Source: a virus
Lineage: Duplodnaviria; Caudoviricetes
DNA: 24,411 nt
Virus record (IMG/VR): IMGVR_UViG_3300028588_000082
Location: 1 to 24,411 of that record
Strand: one strand, 5' to 3'
The translations under genes were made by a program, and so were the position numbers. Within the stretch, counting starts at the first letter, position 1. The number at the start of each line of letters is the position of its first letter. Under the pieces are notes generated by a model. That model was not told the DNA's origin. It did not search any database and saw only the letters and a program-made list of their open reading frames with translations. This document shows positions 8,990 through 15,680 of this stretch, piece by piece.

Positions 8990-10381
8990 CTACCGAGCTC
9001 CCTTGTGGCTTGCACCTTGTAACCGCCGCCGATGTAGCCGCAAGGCGCGAACTGACCGAGTAGCGCGGGTCCGTAGCCGCCTCAGGATGCCCTTTGCGCT
9101 ACCGGCCTCTACCAGATCAGCGGCGACGACAGCCTGCTGCTCCAGCGCCGTTCGCGTCCATGACATACGCAGCGCGACCTCTTGGGAACGGGGCAATGGA
9201 CTAATGATGGGCGACAGGTCCGCGGCCGCAAGCTTTGCATCGAACGCGCGGCCGCCATCGCCATCGGAGTAAACGTTGCCTAGGCCGTTCTTGCTTAGGA
9301 ACGTGGCGAAGGTCTCGAAGCGCTGGCGGTGACCACTAACCATGCGAGAATAATCAGCGCTCTCGTAAGCGAAACGAGGATCGCAGTCCGGCACAACGTC
9401 GGTCACCTTGAAATGCGGAATATCAAAATACTCGGCAATCTCCAGGGTCCTTGAATCGGTGGCCACGAGCCGAGCGGCTGTTCCAGCCAGCAACCCGGCG
9501 ATGCCTCCATGCAATCGGGTGCCGAAGACAAACTGACGGTCCCGTAGATAGTCCATCCAAGCGCGCGGATCGACAACGGCCTTGACGCCGCCGGCATCGT
9601 AGATTTTGGCGAAAGCCTCTGCTGGAATGGCTGCATGCTCCCCGTGGTCGCGGGGGGTGCCGAACAGCAGGTCATGAAGGCTGCGATCTTCCTGGGATAT
9701 GTAGCCGATGTCGTCGTATTTGGCGACTGCATGCCCGATCACCTGGCCCATGACGTCCAGGCGAGCCGCGAATTTTGACTGATGGCTTGGGGAGGTGACG
9801 TTCATTGCAAGCTTGGTTGATCGGTCGAATGAAGAAATTGGGCGCGGAGAAGCGAGGGTGGGGCCGTCCATGAACATCGAAGGACAGCCGATCACGTCGA
9901 CTGCATTGAAGCCAAGGCTTGTGAGGTAATCGCCTGTGCAGTGTCCTCGCACCCCGATCGTAGCCGACTTGTCCAGAACCGCGCCTACAAAGCGTTTGAC
10001 CGACGCGTCGATCGGACGAAGGTTATCGAAATTATAGAGCAAGTCGGTCTGGCATCCGACACCGACAACCACGACCGGCACTTTCAACTTGCGGATCGTG
10101 GTCGCCATCGCATCTAGCCGGTCGCCAAACTCGAGACGAAATTGATTGGCCAGCGGCAGGACCAGCATGTCGCAACTGTCATTGATCCTCGGAGCGTCTC
10201 CGGGCCTTAGGCCGAAGCCATTCGCGCGAAGGTCGTTCTGAGGCAGCGAGAGCGCTTTGAAGACGGATTGAGAGAATAGCATATTGCCGACGTTCGTGCC
10301 GGTCACGACCGTCCTGAGCGACGTGAAAGGGTCCATCGGCTCATAGGGAAGTTTGCCCGCTCTGATCAATATTCGCGGCAC
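8990..10381 (-). CDS. Polysaccharide pyruvyl transferase family protein
   Basis: NVGN, VVVVGVGCQ, IGVRG, GCPSMF and FGTRLHG motifs. Confidence 0.85.
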   Translation of the reverse strand: MPRILIRAGKLPYEPMDPFTSLRTVVTGTNVGNMLFSQSVFKALSLPQNDLRANGFGLRPGDAPRINDSCDMLVLPLANQFRLEFGDRLDAMATTIRKLKVPVVVVGVGCQTDLLYNFDNLRPIDASVKRFVGAVLDKSATIGVRGHCTGDYLTSLGFNAVDVIGCPSMFMDGPTLASPRPISSFDRSTKLAMNVTSPSHQSKFAARLDVMGQVIGHAVAKYDDIGYISQEDRSLHDLLFGTPRDHGEHAAIPAEAFAKIYDAGGVKAVVDPRAWMDYLRDRQFVFGTRLHGGIAGLLAGTAARLVATDSRTLEIAEYFDIPHFKVTDVVPDCDPRFAYESADYSRMVSGHRQRFETFATFLSKNGLGNVYSDGDGGRAFDAKLAAADLSPIISPLPRSQEVALRMSWTRTALEQQAVVAADLVEAGSAKGILRRLRTRATRSVRALRLHRRRLQGASHKGAR

Positions 10382-10603
10382 CTATCGCAACTCCCCGGCC
10401 AAAGTGTGCCCCTTAGGGGCGCGTGCCTCGCCGGGTCAACAAGGTCTGGTCGACGTGGGCGGCCTGTGACCGCTGTATTTAAACGAAGGAGACTGAAGAT
10501 GGCACCTGAAAGCGAACGCCGCGAGCGACGTTGCCAAGGCGCTCCACATGGGTGCGCTGATTGCGATGCCCATACCGCGCCTTTGCGAACATGAGCGCTT
10601 GAC

Positions 10604-10667
10604 GTGACCACGCCCCCCCCCGCCGCGCTGGCTGGACTATCTGCCGGCGATCTCGCTCGCGGTGGTG
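10604..10667 (+). pseudogene. Remnant 5' copy of the first lysis-cassette gene
   Basis: 10626-10657 is identical over 32 nt to 11506-11537 (RWLDYLPAISL); out of frame with its GTG and truncated. Confidence 0.85.
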
Positions 10668-10816
10668 ACTATACTTCGTCGCATCTCCGATCTCGCTAGC
10701 CACTGAACGCACTAGCGCGCGCGAGCCTTTTACAGGAACAGTTTCGTGAGGCCCTTCGTCAGCCTTTTTGTTTTCCGGCGGCAACTCCGCCGCACCGCCG
10801 TTACCCCCTTCACCTG

Positions 10817-10993
10817 CTAATCGGTGCGGTCGCCCCGACCGTCATCCGTAAGCCTGATCGATCTGCTTCGATCGTGCCCTCTTCGGCGGCGGTGTTGGTG
10901 GGATGGGTGCCCGCGCCGATCGAGCCAGACGAAGAGCAGGGCAACGCAGGCAAACGTCGCCAGCAGGATGATGTACATGGTAATCGATCGCAT
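10817..10993 (-). CDS. Small membrane protein B (copy 1), 58 aa
   Basis: One TM helix ending LFVWLDR plus a basic tail; homologous to 23696-23842. Confidence 0.7.
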   Translation of the reverse strand: MRSITMYIILLATFACVALLFVWLDRRGHPSHQHRRRRGHDRSRSIRLTDDGRGDRTD

Positions 10994-11173
10994 CTTCTTC
11001 CGTTCTCCCCGGCCCGTAGCCGGTGGACGCTTCGAAGCGTCGACCATCCGTTGCCAGTCGGGGTAATCCGCAGATCCTGCGGATGATCCCTGCATACCTC
11101 CATAAACTTGCAGCATCCCTTCGTTGAGGAAGCCACTTCGCTGCCCAACGGCAGCTGCGCGGCGCCGGTGCGG

Positions 11174-11299
11174 TCAGATCAGCAGGTACGTCGCCGACCA
11201 CACCGCGCACATGAGTAGCATGGCCAGGGCGATGCCGCTGCCGTGTGGGACCGGCGAGTCATTCTCGTCTTCGAGAGTTGGGGTGATGACTGTCTGCAT
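11174..11299 (-). CDS. Small membrane protein A (copy 1), 41 aa, not in ORF track
   Basis: GGAG SD; MQTVITPTLEDENDSPVPHGSGIALAMLLMCAVWSATYLLI; homologous to 23445-23573. Confidence 0.8.
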   Translation of the reverse strand: MQTVITPTLEDENDSPVPHGSGIALAMLLMCAVWSATYLLI

Positions 11300-11327
11300 G
11301 AGCCGTCTCCTTCGAACGGCCACTGAA

Positions 11328-11376
11328 TAGCGCTGCCATCTTTCGGCTTCATTGCGTCAGCGGGACGGTTTCATGA
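11328..11376. promoter_or_regulatory. Conserved 49-nt non-coding element (copy 1)
   Basis: 37/49 identical, ungapped, to the reverse complement of 23367-23415. Confidence 0.6.
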
Positions 11377-11428
11377 CAAACGGCAGCTTCGCGTCTCAAG
11401 CTCATCCTCATGTCCACTGGAGTACCAC

Positions 11429-11482
11429 ATGACCAACAGCAGCTTCGCGGCCCAGGCGGCCGCGGGACGCGGTGACGCGTGA
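11429..11482 (+). CDS. 17-aa leader ORF coupled to the lysis cassette (copy 1)
   Basis: GGAG SD; MTNSSFAAQAAAGRGDA*; GTGA overlap with 11479; same-length homolog at 23212-23265. Confidence 0.6.
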   Translation: MTNSSFAAQAAAGRGDA

Positions 11483-11745
11483 CGGCGCCAGCACCGCCCC
11501 GCCAACGCTGGCTGGACTATCTGCCGGCGATCTCGCTTGCCGTCGTGCTGTTCGGCGGCGCGCAGGCGGGAGGTGGGTATCTTTCCCAGTTGAAGGACAA
11601 CACGCGCCGCATCGAGCAGCTGGAGAAGGATGGGCGCGAGAAAGAGGCACTCCGAACGGAGATGCTCCAAAAGCTCGACCTGCGGCTGGCGCGTATCGAG
11701 GTAAAGCTGGAGATGATGGTGCCTGCCAAGGACAAGGCGCCATGA
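11479..11745 (+). CDS. Lysis-cassette membrane protein (TM + coiled coil), 88 aa
   Basis: N-terminal TM, ends LARIEVKLE; homolog at 22949-23215. Confidence 0.75.
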   Translation: MTAPAPPRQRWLDYLPAISLAVVLFGGAQAGGGYLSQLKDNTRRIEQLEKDGREKEALRTEMLQKLDLRLARIEVKLEMMVPAKDKAP

Positions 11746-11996
11746 CAGCGGACGGTGGAATGGTGCTGATGGTTATCGGCTCCATCGGCCTTCTCTGGTC
11801 GGCCCTGGAGCCCGTTCTTACTTACCGTCGCTGGTTGCGTGTCATCATCGACTTGTTCAAGCCGGCGTTGCGCGGCGCTTTCCCGCCGCCGCCAATTGCC
11901 TTTGACCTTGAGCGTCTGGTGGCCGCGGCGGACTCCGCCTTGAAGAGCGACGAACTCACCCGACAACGTCGCCGCTGGCTGCGCCGACGCCACTGA
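11742..11996 (+). CDS. Lysis-cassette membrane protein, 84 aa
   Basis: ATGA overlap; N-terminal TM, AFPPPPIA.DLERL, Arg-rich end; homolog at 22698-22952. Confidence 0.7.
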   Translation: MTADGGMVLMVIGSIGLLWSALEPVLTYRRWLRVIIDLFKPALRGAFPPPPIAFDLERLVAAADSALKSDELTRQRRRWLRRRH

Positions 11997-12036
11997 ACCG
12001 CACGCGGCCGGTAGCCGCGAACCAAAGGAGACATCG

Positions 12037-12312
12037 GTGAAACTGATCGACGGCTGGCGCCAAGCCTGGCGCCTGTGGTCCGTGCGCGTGTCCGCGCTCG
12101 GCACCCTTTTGATGGGGCTCGCGACGCTCGCGCCCGACGCCCTCACGCAGGTGTGGAACATGCTGCCCTACGATCTGAAGGCGATGCTGCCGGCGCCTGT
12201 CGGGCAGGCCGTGCCATTCGTGCTGTTCGGCCTGGCGCTGATCGCGCGCCTGGTGCCGCAGCCCAAGGCGGCGGCCAAGATGCAGGAGGCCGCCGATGGC
12301 ACCGCGCAGTAA
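12037..12312 (+). CDS. Putative holin
   Basis: AGGAG SD; MKLIDGWRQAWRLWSVR, two TM helices, LARLVPQ; directly before the endolysin. Confidence 0.8.
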   Translation: MKLIDGWRQAWRLWSVRVSALGTLLMGLATLAPDALTQVWNMLPYDLKAMLPAPVGQAVPFVLFGLALIARLVPQPKAAAKMQEAADGTAQ

Positions 12313-12859
12313 GCCGGTCGGCAAAAAGACGCTGGCGGGCGTGATCGGATCGGTCGCAGCGGCCGCCGCGCTGTTCGTGCTGGTGCCGAAGGAAGAGAGC
12401 GGCCGGACGGTGACAGCCACGGTCAACGCCGACCAGTCCGTCACGGTCCAGCATGTCGCGGGCAAGCAGTATCTGAAGGCCTATCTCGACATCGTGCGCG
12501 TGCCGACCGCGTGCGACGGGATCACTAAGGGCGTGCGGATGGGGCAGACCTTCACCCCGGCGCAGTGCAACCAGATGCTGGAAGAGGAACTGATCGCGCA
12601 CGCCGAGCCGATCATCCGCTGCATTCCCAAGCTGCACGGACGCACCAACCAGGTGATCGCGGCGGTGTCGCTCTCCTACAACATCGGCACCGCAGGGTTC
12701 TGTAAGTCCAGCATCGCCAAGCTCTGGAACGCGGGGCAGTGGCGGGCCGGGTGCGAGCGCTTCGCGCTGTTCAGGATGGCAGGCGGGCGCGTGGTGCAGG
12801 GGCTGGTCAACCGCCGCGCACGCGAACGTGCGATCTGCTTGACGGGGCTTCCAGCATGA
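12296..12859 (+). CDS. GH24 lysozyme, probable SAR endolysin
   Basis: Weakly hydrophobic N-terminus; AYLD...VPT.CDGIT, SLSYNIG and GLVNRR..ER..CL motifs. Confidence 0.92.
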   Translation: MAPRSKPVGKKTLAGVIGSVAAAAALFVLVPKEESGRTVTATVNADQSVTVQHVAGKQYLKAYLDIVRVPTACDGITKGVRMGQTFTPAQCNQMLEEELIAHAEPIIRCIPKLHGRTNQVIAAVSLSYNIGTAGFCKSSIAKLWNAGQWRAGCERFALFRMAGGRVVQGLVNRRARERAICLTGLPA

Positions 12860-13178
12860 CTCGCACCCGCATCATCATCGGCGGGATCGTCGTGCTGGCG
12901 ATCGTCGCCGCGATCTTCGCGATCCGGCACAGCGGCGAAAAGGCCGGTGAAGCCAAGGTGACCACCAAGATCGAGCGGCAGCATGCCGAACTGGTTGGCG
13001 AGGCGCGGGCCGACGAACGCCAGGCCGCTGCCGTCGCGGACTCGATCAGCCGGCGCGTCGACCGCGCCGACACCCTTTCCACCGCTGCCGTTCAGGCCAC
13101 CATCAAGGATCTTCGCGATGCTCTCGACGCCGTCCCGCCTGCGCCTGCTGGCGCTCCTGTCCCTGCCGCTCCTGTCGA
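12856..13178 (+). pseudogene. Truncated i-spanin (Rz-like) with embedded o-spanin start at 13118
   Basis: Homology to copy 2 ends at CCTGTCGA (13178), just before the o-spanin lipobox Cys; the ORF reads on into unrelated DNA to 13308. Confidence 0.8.
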
Positions 13179-13504
13179 GAGCCGTCTGCGATCCGCATTC
13201 CGATTCCTCGACAATCGAAGAAGCGGTGCTCGTCTGGATGGCCTGCTGGTAGGACGCAAAGACCGCCCTCTTCGGCTGGCGCTTTGCAAGCGCCGATTTC
13301 GACGATGAAATGGGGGTCTGGCTTTCGAAGCATCGTGCCCCATACCTGATGCAAGTCGAACGGGTAACGGGGATCAGGCCCGTATAAGAGATAGGTCCTT
13401 GAGTTAAAGGTTGGACTCTTCGTGCTGCGCAATTGCGGCTTAAGCCAGCCTGTCTGGAGTGTACTTCCGCGCTTGCGGCACTAGATGTGGCGCGCTGTAT
13501 GCGG

Positions 13505-13746
13505 TGCGGCAGGCCGAGCTGGCGGACGTTGGTCATCGGGAACTTGGCCTGGCCGCCCAGCACGTCCCAACTCATCACGTCGAGCCCGCAGCCGCGTTCG
13601 TCCTGGCGCACCACCCATGCCCGGCTGCGCGGCGCCAGCTCCACGGGATTGAAGCGGTTGTCCATCGGCCTGTCTGCCTTCCAGTCGGACTCGAAGTGCG
13701 CGAAGATGGTGGGCGCCTCTTTGATGTTGCGGGCTCGGTTGCACAT
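13505..13746 (-). pseudogene. SRAP family protein, 3'-truncated (~80 codons)
   Basis: MCNRARNIKEAP...MTNVRQLGLP closely matches the N-terminus of 19948-20598, then diverges abruptly. Confidence 0.9.
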
Positions 13747-13753
13747 GCTGTCC

Positions 13754-13945
13754 TCAGTCCACCGGCAGTGGCGCGTGGTCGGGTTCGTCATGGTGCACCA
13801 CATCGCCTAGCCGCCGCAGATCAAGTGCCTGACCACATTCGAGACAGACTGCGAAGTGATCGGCCTCGCCAGGGACGACGTCGTCGCTGCTAGCTGTCAG
13901 CTGGTTCAGCCGCTTGCGATCGTCAGAGGAAATAGGGGTGTTCAT
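13754..13945 (-). CDS. Small putative metal-binding protein, 63 aa
   Basis: GGAG SD; HFAVCLECGQALDLRRLGDVVHH; directly upstream of SRAP. Confidence 0.65.
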   Translation of the reverse strand: MNTPISSDDRKRLNQLTASSDDVVPGEADHFAVCLECGQALDLRRLGDVVHHDEPDHAPLPVD

Positions 13946-14214
13946 GCCGCACAAGCTCCACGGCCTTCTAGATCGCGTCAAGATCACGCTTGCGGCCGCG
14001 TGGGTGAGCCCGCCAGTTGCAGCGAACATTGAAGTGGGTGGGTAGCTGCTCGACTTCGCCGATCGCGCGATTGATCGCGGGTATTGCCGGCTGCGCCTTC
14101 CAGCAGTTCGGCGAGCGGTCCTGCATCTGTGAGGGTGTCGGGATCATGTGGGCTCGACTCCTTTCGAGCGGGTCGCGTTTCGATACCTGATGCAAATAAA
14201 GCGGGTAATGGAAT

Positions 14215-14832
14215 TTGGTTACCATCGGACGTATTTGCGACGCGCCGCGGAACCACTACGCTAGGGAACAAACGAATCGGGGGTCAGAGTTGCACGACAT
14301 TCTAAACGAATTATCGCAGCTGGTAGAACTGGAGTTTGGCGTAGCTTCGGTTTTGCTCGCCCTTTCAATACCGGACGCTGCTGGAGCAATCGATTACCCA
14401 GATCTCAAGAATGGGCCTCGCTACGTAAAGTGGTTTGACACGTGGGTCGAAGAGCTGAATCTACCGGACGGCTTTGTTCTTGATGGAAAGGTAGCTTGGG
14501 CAATAAGGAATGCGCTCGTTCACGCATCGCGTTTGGATGAGGAGCGATTGGGCTTCAAGCAGGTAACGTTTCTACATCCCAAATCGCCAGTGCAGTATAA
14601 TGTGGTCATTTCCGACAATGGTGACGGAATTAGCCTCTCTATCGGAGCGCGATGGTTCTGCGAAAAGGTTCATGCTGCAACCGCGAGCTGGCTCGCCGAG
14701 GTGCACGAAGATCCGACGAAATCGGAGGGCCTTGCTTCTTTGTTGAGTCTCGGAATGAGGTCTCCAAACTTTGTTGTGGGACTTCCACAGATTGGCTCGT
14801 TCCCCAGTTGGCCGCCCCCTCTCACGGGATAA
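14215..14832 (+). CDS. Hypothetical protein with HEPN-like RxxxxH motif (start may be TTG 14290)
   Basis: Helical N-terminus LALSIPD, Y..WFD and AIRNALVH; visibly lower GC. Confidence 0.6.
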   Translation: MVTIGRICDAPRNHYAREQTNRGSELHDILNELSQLVELEFGVASVLLALSIPDAAGAIDYPDLKNGPRYVKWFDTWVEELNLPDGFVLDGKVAWAIRNALVHASRLDEERLGFKQVTFLHPKSPVQYNVVISDNGDGISLSIGARWFCEKVHAATASWLAEVHEDPTKSEGLASLLSLGMRSPNFVVGLPQIGSFPSWPPPLTG

Positions 14833-15077
14833 TGGGGCATGGCGGGCGGATTTTGAGATCGACCATATCGACCGGCTTGTTCTTCGCCTCATCGACCGAA
14901 AATTGGTCCAGCCGTCGTCCGCGATGCAGATAGCCATGGCGCGTATGAGGTGGGTCAATCCGGGGCTTTGGGCATATGTCGGCTTCGAAAGTGAAGCGTA
15001 AGCTGCTTCGGGAATAGTTCGGGACACCTAGCGCCGATCAGTTCCGTTTGTATCCGCTCCGTTCCGCAAAGGCCGTA

Positions 15078-15105
15078 TTGACGACGCCGCAAAATGGCGT
15101 AAATC
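15078..15105 (+). promoter_or_regulatory. Sigma70-type promoter of the tRNA fragment
   Basis: TTGACG-16 bp-TAAATC followed by a GC-rich discriminator, ~18 nt before the tRNA start. Confidence 0.6.
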
Positions 15106-15123
15106 CGCGGCTTCCACGCGAGT

Positions 15124-15167
15124 GGGCGCTTAGCTCAGTTGGTAGAGCATCTCGTTTACACCGAGAG
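15124..15167 (+). tRNA. 5' half of tRNA-Val(TAC); T-arm and 3' acceptor strand missing (probable att scar)
   Basis: GGGCGCT-TA-GCTC AGTTGGTA GAGC-A-TCTCG TTTACAC CGAGA-G, then unrelated sequence; anticodon TAC at 15157-15159. Confidence 0.9.
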
Positions 15168-15209
15168 AAATCAGCCCCGTTCCGGGCGCTGCGCCCCTTC
15201 AGCACGACA

Positions 15210-15235
15210 GAACATAGCACGAACGAGTGCTGTAC
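15210..15235. promoter_or_regulatory. Tandem GAAC-N7-GAAC-N7-GTAC (LexA box or integrase arm sites)
   Basis: Matches the alphaproteobacterial SOS-box forms GAAC-N7-GAAC and GAAC-N7-GTAC. Confidence 0.6.
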
Positions 15236-15539
15236 ATGATGGCATTTGCTGTCCATCTGCGGGCCACTTTTTGCGGCAGTGCTGACCTACGTGGAAGGCC
15301 AACGGCCTCATAAACCAGCGCATCCGCTCTATCTTTTTTCGGTTGCCCGTCCGTTCTCTTGCCTTTCGAGCAGGCGAGGATTGACCATGCGTCGCAACGG
15401 GTTCGACTTAGACACGGCAAAGTATCGGCACAGTTACCCGGGAATTAACACTTGTGTCCCTCTGCTCTTTCGCACAGCTTGTGGTGGTCGCACTGAGTGG
15501 CAACCTCTAGCGCTGGTTCTCAGGACGACGAAAAAGCAA

Positions 15540-15571
15540 AGGCCCGGCAGTCCTGCCAGACGACCGGGCCT
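15540..15571 (+). promoter_or_regulatory. Leader hairpin upstream of the KilA-N gene
   Basis: AGGCCCGG/CCGGGCCT outer stem, GTC/GAC inner stem, loop CTGCCA. Confidence 0.55.
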
Positions 15572-15680
15572 CGCATACTGAAGCCTGGGATGGCTTGGCA
15601 GTCGCTCACAACCGTTAGGTGCGATCATCTGACGAGACGGTCAAGCCCTTCCACAACATGCAACGGAAGGTTTGAGACGA

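Larger units (their letters stand above)
1..13950 (+). mobile_element. Degraded (cryptic) siphovirus-like prophage 1: tail, moron, lysis, SRAP end
   Basis: Colinear tail genes with 4-nt overlaps, a lysis cassette and an SRAP remnant; several deletions and frameshifts. Runs off the left edge; right boundary approximate. Confidence 0.9.

Noticed and set aside
10613-10621. C9 homopolymer as a phase-variation tract
   Set aside because: It lies in a truncated remnant; no length change would restore a full gene.
146-13178. Prophage 1 as a functional tailocin or gene transfer agent
   Set aside because: Chaperone and much of the TMP are deleted and Dit/hub appear frameshifted; head genes cannot be assessed in this window.
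13179-13432. Minus-strand Cys/His ORF (…ACKAPAEEGGLCVLPAGHPDEH…)
   Set aside because: May be a gene fragment, but it has no clear start or recognisable family and is cut at the junction.
12676-13803. 375-aa ORF as a full-length SRAP fusion
   Set aside because: Only ~80 codons are SRAP; the rest is read-through antisense to the spanin and endolysin genes.
15399-15412. GGGTTCGACT as the missing tRNA T-arm (split tRNA or intron)
   Set aside because: No T-stem pairing and no 3' acceptor strand (AGCGCCC-ACCA) follows.
15434-15449. TTAC-N7-TTAAC as a CtrA site
   Set aside because: One mismatch, single occurrence, no supporting context.
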